The notes beneath the pieces were generated by a model that saw only the letters and a list, made by a program, of their open reading frames with translations, was not told the origin of the DNA and did not search any database. Shown here one piece after another: positions 1 through 9,650 of a DNA stretch of 64,000 nt. Numbering within the stretch: the first letter of the stretch is position 1; each line of letters opens with the position of its first letter. The stretch lies in contig NC_135830.1 in NCBI RefSeq assembly GCF_964213995.1, positions 5,208,001-5,272,000 on the forward strand, in the 5' to 3' direction. The stretch is from Mustelus asterias. Taxonomy: Eukaryota. A program made the position numbers and the translations under genes.

Positions 1-1029
1 GACCCTCCTGCTTCTGGGAAACAGTTCCTCTCCATTGACACTATCATAAATCGTTTGTCATTTTAAACACCTCTATTAAACCTCCCCATCACGTACCCTG
101 ATCTAAGACAGAAAAGCCCATGTTTTTCCTGCCCTGAAGAATCATATGGACTCAAAATGTTAACTGTTTCTCTCTGACTTGCTGAGTTTTTCTGCTTTTT
201 TCCCTGTTTTTCCTTCTATAATCAATCAGAAACCCTTCATGATGCTGAACATCTCGGTTAAATAGGAACACACAGAGACTGAGAGAGATACAGAGGAGAG
301 ACAGAAAGACAGAAACATTGAGAGAGATTTTAAAAAACAGAAAGATGAGGTGGTCAGAGATAAAAGCTGAGAAACAGAGGAAACAAGCAATACAGAGAGA
401 ATGATATACAATATAAGGGAGCAGGCTATCAGTCCCCAGCTATGGGGAGCAGAGGGAACTCAGTGACTGATCCACAAATACAGCTCGTTATATCCGGGAA
501 TGGAGACTCTGAACAGAAATAACAGACTCATTTGTAAATATCACCGCAATGTGATCCTGTGTGACTCTGATCCTGTCTCTGTGGATGGATATAGGCCGCA
601 CTGATACATGTTCTCACCAGATTGTGGCCCCTGGATTTATTTTTTGCCCAGAAGTGAGATGCGCGGTTTGCAACCGGCAGCAGAGAAACAGGAAGTTGTA
701 TTTCCTGAGAGTGAAACAGGCGACATCAGTTTGAGATGTTATCACCGTGAACGGTCTTCCTGTCTGTGAGGGTGAACTCACTCTGACAGCATCAAGAACA
801 ACCACACAGATTGCTGCCGCTCTCAGCATTACATTCATCTCCATTCCCATGTTAAACAATAAACAAAGATTATTTGGGTTTTTAACAGTCAATGAATTGG
901 GAGATGGACTGAGGGTCATCACTGGGAGAGATGAGGGGAAATTATAGAAAGGAATGAGTTTCCCCCAAAGAGGGTGATCAGAAAATGAGAGTGAGTCAGG
1001 GCCTGTCAGAGGAAGTGGGAGAGAGAAGT

Positions 1030-1389
1030 GGGGAGACAATGGCCTCGTGGTATTATCGCTAGATGTTAATGCAGAAACTCAGCAAATTTTCTGGGGACCC
1101 AGATTCGAATACCGCCATGGCAGATGGTGGAATTTGAATTCAATTCAAAACATCTGGAATTAAGAATCGAGTGATGACCATGAAACCATTGTCAGAAAAA
1201 CCCATCTGGTTCGCTAATGTCCTTTAGGGAAGGAAATCTGCTGTCTTTACCCGGTCTGGTCTACATGTGACTCCAGGGCCACAGCAATGTGGTTGACTCT
1301 CAGCTGCCCTCTGAACAAGGGCAACTAGGGATGGGTAATAAATGCTGGCCAGTCAGCGGCACCTGTGTCCCACATATGAATAAAAAAAA
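1030..1389 (+). mobile_element. tRNA-derived Deu-SINE (SacSINE1-like)
   Basis: tRNA-like head (TGGCCTCGTGG...GATTCGAATACC), shark SINE body (GGTTCGCTAATGTCCTTTAGGGAAGGAAATCTG), A-rich tail; homologous copies at about 20030, 34088 and 58730. Confidence 0.75.
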
Positions 1390-1689
1390 CAGAGAGAGAA
1401 GATTGAGTCTCTGTAAATTCGATGTTGTCTCAGACAGAGAAGAGAGATTGAAGGTGTTTGGTGCTTTTTTAGAGAGAGATAACCAGAGAATAAAAAAATT
1501 AAGTGAGTTTCAGCACTATCTGACATAAAAAAGTTAAATGAATGAGTGTCTGAGAGAAAGATAGAGGTTAAGTGACTGAGACAGTATTTGAGAGAGAGGT
1601 AAGGGAGTGAAAGGAGCGTGTTTAATTGAGTGTAGAGGTGGAAGGTAAGTGAAATGAGTGTCTGAGAGGAGAGCGATGTTAAGTGAGTC

Positions 1690-2105
1690 AGTATCTGACA
1701 GAGAGGAGAGATATTAACTGAGTACCTGACAGAGAGGAGAGATATTGAGTATCTGACAGAGAGGAGAGATATTAAGTGAGTACCTGACAGAGAGGAGAGA
1801 TATTAAGTGAGTATCTGACAGAGAGGAGAGATATTGAGTATCTGACAGAGAGGAGAGATATTAAGTGAGTACCTGACAGAGAGGAGAGATATTAAGTGAG
1901 TATCTGACAGAGAGGAGAGATATTGAGTATCTGACAGAGAGGAGAGATATTGAGTATCTGACAGAGAGGAGAGATATTAAGTGAGTACCTGACAGAGAGG
2001 AGAGATATTGAGTATCTGACAGAGAGGAGAGATATTAAGTGAGTACCTGACAGAGGGGAGAGATATTAAGTGAGTATCTGACAGAGAGGAGAGATATTAA
2101 GTGAG
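1690..2105. repeat. Minisatellite with mixed 27/31-bp units ([AAGT]GAGTAYCTGACAGAGAGGAGAGATATT), about 14 copies
   Basis: Direct tandem repeats read from the sequence. Confidence 0.95.
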
Positions 2106-3036
2106 TGAGAAGAGGTTCACACAACTGAGGATCACTGAGAATAATCCAAAATAAGGAGATCACCCAGAAAACTACCAATAGGAATCTTCAGCTGAACACA
2201 TCATTCATTCTTAAAGGGACAGTTGGGGCTTGATGCTGTTCAGTTTCCAGTTAAAGGGACAGGCACAGCTTCACTCTTCTCTCTATTCTGTTTATAATGG
2301 TTAAAGGTTGATAGGAGTGAGGTTTATTTAAAAGGACAATGTGTGGGAAGCCTCATCAATAAAACTGGGAATTCTTGGACACGCTGTAGCTCCTTTTTAT
2401 CTGGGAATCAAATTGTTGTCCAATTGTCCCAGCAGATAACAGGTTCCTTTGAACTCTCCAGCTGCTACTTTAATGCAGACTTTAACCAATTTATTTTAAA
2501 CTGGTTTCTGTTCAATAAACTGGCACTGACACAAACACATTAAAATATTTTAGACTTTTCTGCATTTTCAGTCTGGAAATCTAATCCTGCCGTTTCACTC
2601 TCAGTCAGGAACAGATCCGAGTTTTGCACCAATCTCTGATTTAGCAGCATCCTACCAGCATTCACTGTTGTTCTTCCTGACTCTAAACACAGTTGTAAAG
2701 GAACTTCTGTTCCTGGTCTAGGAGCGCTGAAACATAGAAGGGAGCGACTGAGGTTCTTGCACATCTCAGGATTAAACCACACGGGTACTTTGCTGTCGTG
2801 AAGAGAGATGAGGAAGAGCAAAGTGCTGTTTGTCCCTCTCTGTGACCCTGAAGGACTGCGTCCTGTTTGCCATATGATCCTCCCCCGATTGTCCTTTCTG
2901 AGCTCCAGCCTGGTGATGTGGGGTCAGGTGGGAAAGACAAAAATCGACAACAATTTTAAAAAACAAAGCTGGTCTATTTCATATTTATTCAGAATATTAA
3001 ACCTCAACGGATGAAGACTGTCAGAGTGAACACGAT

Positions 3037-4017
3037 TCAGTCCTGGATATGATTAACAGCATCATTAAGAGTAGAATCCAAACCTTGCAGTCGTTTGTGA
3101 ACTCGCTGGTGTGTTAGCAGGTGGGATGACTGAATAAATCCCTTTCCACAGACATTACAGGTGAACGGCCTCTCCCCAGTGTGAACTCGCTGGTGTTTCA
3201 GAAGATAAGATAAATGAGAAAATCCCTTCCCACAGACAGAGCAGGTAAATGGCCTCTCCGCACTGTGAACTTTCTGGTGTGTCAGCAGGTTGGATGACTG
3301 ACTGAATCCCTTCCCACACACAGAGCAGGTGAACGGCCTCTCCCCAGTGTGAACTCGCTGGTGATTCAATAAGTTGGATGAACGAGTGAATCCCTTCCCA
3401 CAGTCTGAGCAGGTGAAGGGCCTCTCCCCAGTGTGAATTCTCTGGTGGTTCAATAGGGCAGATGGACGGCTGAATCCCTTCCCACACACACAGCAGGTGA
3501 ATGGCCTCTCCCCAGTGTGAGCATATTGGTGCGTTAGCAGATCCTTTTTATTTTTAAAGCTCTTCTCACAGTGGGAACAATTAAAAAGTTTGTTATCAGA
3601 GTGAACAAGTTGATGTGTCTGCAAGTGGGATGACTGATTGAATCCTTTCCCACACACAGAGCAGGTGAACGGTCTCTCCCCAGTGTGAATTCGTTGGTGT
3701 GTCAGCAGATCCTTTTTGCATTTAAAACTCTTCTCACAGTCAGAACATGTAAACATTCTCTCATCAGTGTGAACAAGTTGGTGTGTCACAATGTGGGATG
3801 AGCGAGTGAATCCCTTCCCACACACAGGGCAGGTGAACGGCCTCTCCCCAGTGTGAACCCGTTGGTGAGTCAGAAGGTTGTATGAATGGGTGAATCCCTT
3901 CCCACAGACGGAGCAGGTGAACGGTCTCTCCCCAGTGTGACTGCGCCGATGAACTTCCAGTTGTGATGGGAAACCGAATCCCTTCCCACAATCCACACAT
4001 TTCCACGGTTTCTCCAT
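3037..4017 (-). CDS. Z1: tandem C2H2 zinc-finger protein, 11 fingers, 326 aa, no effector domain
   Basis: ATG in GCACCATGG context, CxxC-x12-HxxxH repeats with TGERP linkers; upstream acceptor TTTACAG|G with exon starting at 4375. Confidence 0.9.
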   Translation of the reverse strand: MEKPWKCVDCGKGFGFPSQLEVHRRSHTGERPFTCSVCGKGFTHSYNLLTHQRVHTGERPFTCPVCGKGFTRSSHIVTHQLVHTDERMFTCSDCEKSFKCKKDLLTHQRIHTGERPFTCSVCGKGFNQSSHLQTHQLVHSDNKLFNCSHCEKSFKNKKDLLTHQYAHTGERPFTCCVCGKGFSRPSALLNHQRIHTGERPFTCSDCGKGFTRSSNLLNHQRVHTGERPFTCSVCGKGFSQSSNLLTHQKVHSAERPFTCSVCGKGFSHLSYLLKHQRVHTGERPFTCNVCGKGFIQSSHLLTHQRVHKRLQGLDSTLNDAVNHIQD

Positions 4018-4999
4018 GGTGCGGGTGTCCTTGTGTTTCTCCAGGTTGGATGATCAGTTCAAGCCTCATCCACACACACAACATACACGTAGTTTCACCC
4101 TGCTGTGAACTGTGATGTTTTTTCAGGCTGTGTAACTGGTTAAAGCTCTTTCCACATTCAGTTCACTGGAACACTCTCACTCGGGTGTGTGTTTGTCTCG
4201 ATGCTTTTCCGGTCACACTGATGTTTAATTTCTTTGCCCACAGGCAGAACAGACAAATATTTCTCTTTCTATATTCAAAGACCAATGATATTCAGCTCCG
4301 AAGGAACTGAATGACTTTGTCAGATGTGATGTCCGGTTTGAATTTTCTGTCTGCCAATCTTTCACTTCCAATATCCTGTAAAAACAGTTTAGAAAAGTCA
4401 TCACTGTCAGAACACGATAGAAACTCTGAACAGACAATTCTAGTTCGTCTGGAACATTTTTTCCTCTCTTGTTCCCCCAAATCTGTAAATCTCCGTCCCA
4501 CACACTCTCCCTCCTCCCTGGGCTGAAATCCAAATCCATCTCACCATTTCTTTCCTCCACTCCCAGTTTTCTCCCTCCCTCTCCTCTGTCTGGGTTCAGT
4601 TCTCCAGCTCCTGTCTGCAGACTGACAATAAAACCAATGGGTCTTATTGGGGGTGTTGGGGCCTCCAGCGGGTGTTTGTGAATCCTCCCCGCCCACCTCC
4701 CAGGGTTTCCTTCCTTCCCAGAGATCAGAACCCTCATTGATCTGAGGCCAAAGTGTAACCTCTTATTTATTGTCCCCCTCCCCCATCCTCTGATGTGAAC
4801 CATCCTCCAGTGGCTGAGCCAGGATGGGGCCGTTAACCTGGGTCTGTTCCCGGGAGGGAGGGAGGGAGAAGCCCCGCAGCTGCAAACCAGGGAGCTGACA
4901 ATGATTCTGAAGGGTTTGCGGATCCACAAAGTGTTTCCAAATCCTCCCAGCCACCGCCTAACGCTGACTCCGCTTCTCCGGGACAAACAAGCGCTAAGG

Positions 5000-5230
5000 A
5001 CAGCAATGACACTGCGCATGCTCCACATCACAATGCCCGGGAGCTGATTGACGCCAGCTCCGGACCAATAGGAAGAGGGGGCGGGACTGGAGGACCGAGC
5101 GGGAGCGGCTGGTCCTCCAACCAATCGGAGTGAATGAGGGGCGGGACCTGAAGCATGCGCAGTGCGGGTAATGGCGGCGGCGGACGGACGGTTTCAACTT
5201 GGAAGCGAGATCAATACAAGGTAGAGGGCG
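5000..5230. promoter_or_regulatory. P1: CpG-rich bidirectional promoter of Z1
   Basis: TGCGCATGC/GCATGCGCA (NRF1-like) at both ends, two CCAAT boxes, two GGGGCGGG boxes, AATGGCGG (YY1-like), donor AG|GTAGAG at 5220/5221. Confidence 0.7.
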
Positions 5231-5263
5231 GCGTGCGGGGAATGATAAATGTGGCGGGTGGGT

Positions 5264-6060
5264 GGCCTTCAAAAAGAATACGGCCCGGCCGTACATCTTA
5301 GAGGCCGCGACAATGGCTGAGGGGCCGACAACCCCAGCCATTGCCTTGACACAGGCCTCGATGGACATGTCGGGGTGGGCGTAGCACTTCACCCCGAGCT
5401 GCCGCGTGAGCAACGAAAAAGGTGGCAGGGCCTTGGGAGCGGCGGGGGCTCTGGCAGCTGCCACGCCCGCATAGGTGGGCCGAGAAGGCTCTGCCACGGC
5501 AGGGCGTATAAGAGGAGGGAAAAATAAGGGAGGGTAGGGTAGGTGGATGGGGATCTAGGTGCTCTCTCCCCGGAGCGAGAGAGGAGGTCGGAGGAGCAGG
5601 AGGGAGGACGAGGGACAAGGCACGGAGGGGGGCCGGTGCCCCAGTCAGGGGGAAAGAGGGGAGGGGGTGCCGGTGTTGGGGGCAGCAGCAGTGGGTGGGG
5701 GACTTTACTCCTCCAGCCCTTTTGGGCGCAAACAGTTCAAGTCCGGGGTGTCTTCGCCCGCCCGCCCGCCGATGGAAAAAACAGTCTGAATTTACTTCAC
5801 CCCCCCATCCCTTTCAGGCACCGACCTTCTGATGATGAGGGCACCAGCCCAACCACTCAGTCCCTCGATGTTGAAACGTGCAGTCCTCCCTCCCAGAGAT
5901 GGAAAGAAAAAAGAAAGAAAGTCACTCCGTGTCCTCTCTCCCTCCAGGGAGAGAGCACCCTCCAGTGGGCGGACGGACGGAAGACAGGCAGGCCAGACGA
6001 CAGGCAGGCAGGCAGGCAACAGCTCACCTTCCTCCCCCTTCCCACTTTCAGATGCTGGAA
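5264..6060 (-). mobile_element. Tx1-clade non-LTR retrotransposon, 5'UTR plus ORF1 N-terminus, 3'-truncated
   Basis: ORF segment LLTRQLGVKC...MSIEACVKAMAGVVGPSAIVAASKMYGRAVFFLK resembles the Tx1 ORF1 N-terminus; preceded by a GC-rich putative 5'UTR whose boundary is inferred. Confidence 0.75.
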
Positions 6061-6072
6061 TTAACAAATTAA

Positions 6073-6145
6073 CATTCCTGCCCGGTTCTGACCCGGGGAC
6101 CTTTTGCGTGTCAGGCAAACGTGACAACCACTTCACTACAGAAAC
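6073..6145 (-). tRNA. tRNA-Val-derived gene with anticodon GAC, probable pseudogene
   Basis: Reverse complement GTTTCTGTAGTGAAGTGGTTGTCACGTTTGCCTGACACGCAAAAGGTCCCCGGGTCAGAACCGGGCAGGAATG matches vertebrate tRNA-Val; all stems pair but the T-loop/B box is mutated (GTCAGAA vs TTCGAAA). Confidence 0.85.
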
Positions 6146-6329
6146 AACCTCTCTGATGTTGGAGACAGGAGGAAGTTTCAGTCTGTCTGAAGCTCAATCT
6201 TCATTCACGCAAAGCCCGCGCTCTGATCAGCTGGAGAACCAGAGTCCTTCCGGTCCTCCAACTCTTCCTATTAATCAACACCTCAGAAGGTCAGGGGGCA
6301 GGATCTGCCCTGCAATTCACAGCTTCCCC

Positions 6330-6610
6330 CTCCCTTGGACCTGCGCAGTCCCGGGCCGGGGGGAGGGGGAGCTCACCGAGCGGCTTCTCGCTCTGGCCGG
6401 AGCCGCCAGTCGGTTGCCTGGAAACCGTGGCTCGATGTGGTGCAGGCGGAGGGGAACAATGGGTGGGGGCGGGGCTCCCGGGTCCGCGCGCCCGGGCCTG
6501 CTCACTGGAACCCGGAGACGTCACCGCGGAGCACAGTGATTCCCATTGGCTGATTCAAGGATGGCTCCACTGTGACGTCACAAAGGGGAAGTTGGCCAAT
6601 GATGATGTAA
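6330..6610 (-). promoter_or_regulatory. CpG-rich promoter and first exon with CRE, CCAAT, GC box and X-box
   Basis: TGACGTCA at 6573-6580, GTTGCCTGGAAAC at 6413-6425, GGGGCGGGG, minus-strand donor GTGAGC at 6376. Confidence 0.55.
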
Positions 6611-7364
6611 TTTAAACAATGCCTTGAGATCACTTCACTTCTTGGTCAGACCCCCTTTTCAGTCCAGTGCTACTTGGAGTTTACCGTCAATTCAACAACT
6701 ATTGGGTTACAAGTCCCTCACAGTTCTGATCACAAATTTATGATAAAATAATTCAAATAATGCATGAGAACGCTTCTTAACTAACTACCTACCACTGTTT
6801 GTTGATTGATCAGACCCCCTTTTTACACATTCAGGAATCTCAGCCACTGAACACCAGCCGGTCCTGGGATAAGTTTAATTCTAACTCATTATGAGTAAAT
6901 ATTCTCACCAGGTCCTCTTTCAGAGCCCTGCTAAGCAGCTTTAATGGTTCATGATTGCAGAAACTGAGCAGTCACAGGAATGTGGTCAAGATAGTCATGT
7001 CCCACAATGCCTCGCATTTAATCTGCAGTCCTTCAGTTATAACAGGATATGTGGCTGTCTGTAGCTGCCTCGGCCACAATCAGCACCAACACTGCCTTCC
7101 TGAACTGCTACAATGCCTGAGGTGTAAGTACACCCACAGTACTGTTAGGGAGGGATTTCCAGCTACACATTCCACACTTCCTCTAGACTGTGGGTGGATA
7201 CGAGATTGATACATTTCATTCAACTGCACCCAAGCTGAGTTATTCAAATCCCTTTATTGTACGGGACAATATATTCATGATTTCTTTAAAACAGAAATTA
7301 AACATTCCCATTTGATTTCAGGTATTAACATATTCTGTTAGTTTGTTCTTTATTGTCAATGTCA

Positions 7365-7660
7365 GGCTGGGGGTTGTTCCTCTTGGAGAAAAGGAGGTTG
7401 AGGGGAGATTTGATAGAGGTGGACAAGATTCTGACAGGTTTAGATAAGGTGGACAAAGAAAAGCTGTTCCCATTAGCTGACGGACAAGGACGAGGGGGAC
7501 ACAGATTTATGGTTTTGGGTCAGAGATGCAGGAGGGATGTGAGGAAGAATATTTTGATGCAGCGAATGGTAATGACCTGGAACTCGCTGCCTACGAGGGT
7601 GGAGGAAGTGGAGACAATAAACAATTACAAAGGAAATTGGATGGGCATTGGGAGGTTTCA
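7365..7660 (+). mobile_element. CR1 LINE 3' fragment inside the duplicated ZNF 3' flank
   Basis: LEKRRLRGDLIEV motif; homologous copies at about 43570-43860, 46990-47275 and 55200-55500. Confidence 0.85.
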
Positions 7661-7907
7661 AACAGAAATAGTGACTCTGAACTTCCTAACACCCTGTCAC
7701 TCTGTGATCCGTGTGAAATCTGAAACCAGGTATTCGCAACAAGACTCAAAGAGCATCAGCCCACTGGAGACAAAGTCATGAGACCGGCCAGTCCAGCAGA
7801 AAGAAACCCTCTGACCCTCCCCATTGACCAACTGTGAGAATGAACAAAATGCAGTCCTGGATGTAATTGAGAGCAGAAACAATAACAGCAGAATCCAACC
7901 CCTGGAA

Positions 7908-8414
7908 TCACTCGTGAACTTTTTGGTGTCTCAGCAGCTGGGATAAAAGACTGAATATCTTCTCACACACAGAGCAGGAGAACGGTCTCTCCCCAGTGTG
8001 AACTCGCTGGTGTCTCAGCAGCCGGGATGAAACTTTGAATCCCTTCCCACACTGAGAGCAGGTGAACGGCCTCTCCCCAGTGTGAACTCGCTGGTGTATC
8101 TGCAGGTCAGATAATTGACTGAACCCCTTCCCACACTGAGAGCAGGTGAACGGCCTCTCCCCAGTGTGAACTCGCTGGTGTCTACGCAGGGTGGATAAAT
8201 TAGTGAATCCCTTCCCACACTGAGAGCAGGTGAACAGTCTCTCCCCAGTGTGAACTCGCTGGTGTCTCTGCAGGTTGGATAACTGACTGAATCCCTTCTC
8301 ACACTGAGAGCAGGTGAATGGCTTCTCCCCAGTGTGGCTGCGCCGATGAACTTCCAGCTCTGAAGGGGCTCCGTATCCCTTCCCACAGTCCGCACATTTC
8401 CATGGTTTCTCCAT
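7908..8414 (-). CDS. Z2: C2H2 zinc-finger protein, 6 fingers, 168 aa
   Basis: ATG (MEKPWKC) at 8414, six canonical fingers, exon acceptor at 8765. Confidence 0.88.
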   Translation of the reverse strand: MEKPWKCADCGKGYGAPSELEVHRRSHTGEKPFTCSQCEKGFSQLSNLQRHQRVHTGERLFTCSQCGKGFTNLSTLRRHQRVHTGERPFTCSQCGKGFSQLSDLQIHQRVHTGERPFTCSQCGKGFKVSSRLLRHQRVHTGERPFSCSVCEKIFSLLSQLLRHQKVHE

Positions 8415-9468
8415 GGTGCAGGTGTCCTTGCCTCTCTCTTGGGTGGACAATCAGTTGAAGCCTCGTCCACACACAGAACACGTGTCCAGTCTCTCCCCGC
8501 TGTGAATGGTGTGATATTTATTCAGGCTATGTAACTGGTTAAAGCTCTTGAGTCTGTGAACTGGAAGACTCTCACTCGAGTGTGGCCGTGTGTTGGTGCT
8601 TTTCCAGTCACACTAATGTTTGAAATCTTTTCAAACTGACAGACCAGACAACAATTTCTCCTTCAAGATACAAAGGCCGATGATATTCAGGTCCCAAGGA
8701 ATATGACTCTGTCAGATCTAGATGTGACGTTTGAGATTTCAGCCTGTGATTCCTCTTTCAATATCCTGTAAAACAAGTTTACAGAAGTCATCAGTGTCAG
8801 TGCAGGATAGAAATTCAGAACACACAATTCTAGTTTCTATGGAACATTCTTTCCTCTCTCCAGACTCAGAACATTGGCTCTATTCTCTCTCTATCTGGTG
8901 GATAGCGTGGGAAATGATGCTGCGGTAGATCAGCCAATTCTCAATGAATGGTTGAGGCAGTTCAATGGGCTGAATGGCCAACTGCAGCTCCTATTATGAT
9001 TTCTGAGTCGTGGACAGGAAGCAGTGAGCATGGATCTGTCAATCAGCCTCAATCAGCACCTTCAGGAGAATTGGGAGGGTGAATATTAGATACAGCAGAG
9101 TGAGAATGGAGGGAGAGTGTGTGGGATGGAGATTTACAGCTTTTGGGAATGAGAGGGGAAAAAATGTTCATGAGAATCATAGAATTAATACATCTTATCA
9201 ACTGTCCCTGAGCCTTCACAATGAATCTCTCTTCTCAGGACACTCTTATCTCTGACTTGTCTGTGCTGCTCGCAGTCTCACAAAGCAGCTGCCTGTGTGT
9301 TGATACGAGGGGCCCTGCGAGGCAAGTTTAATGCTCCATGACTGTGTCTTTAATGACTGAATAACTATAGGAATATGGTCAAGTCAGCTAAATCACATGA
9401 TGCTTTATATTTCGGTTAGTAACTGCCCATTTTGTTAACATAGCACATTTGGATATATAAATATATAT

Positions 9469-9650
9469 AAAAGCAAAATATTGCGGATGCTGGAATCTGA
9501 AACAAAAACAGAAAATGCTGGAAAATGTCAGCAGGTCTGACAGCATCTGTGGAGAGAGAATAGAGCCAACGTTTAAAGTCTGGATGACCCTTCATCAGAG
9601 TTCTGACAAAGGGTCATCCAGACTCGAAATGTTAGTCTATTCTCACTCTA
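9469..9650. mobile_element. Penelope-like short repeat with inverted arm and degenerate hammerhead cores
   Basis: Inverted arms 9553-9600 and 9601-9648; CTGAnGA-GGGTC-ATCCA-GACTC-GAAAC-GTT motif; copies at about 133-210, 38160-38270, 45035-45210, 48075-48255 and 53850-54030. Confidence 0.7.

Noticed and set aside
2211-2262. Two TTAAAGGGACAG motifs resembling transposon termini
   Set aside because: Direct orientation, with no matching inverted end found
3155-3487. Alternative-frame ORFs overlapping the finger arrays (HWGEA..., TLGRGRSPA...)
   Set aside because: Known by-product of the 84-bp periodicity and codon usage of C2H2 repeats
4225-5124. 299-aa ORF and its copies (13578-14201, 27819-28460)
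   Set aside because: Spans promoter, intron and UTR, mostly non-ATG starts, stops differ between copies; similarity reflects recent duplication
6955-7209. Recurring 'MQKLSSHRNVVK' ORF in four copies
   Set aside because: TTG start, includes SINE-derived sequence, lies antisense in the duplicated 3' flank
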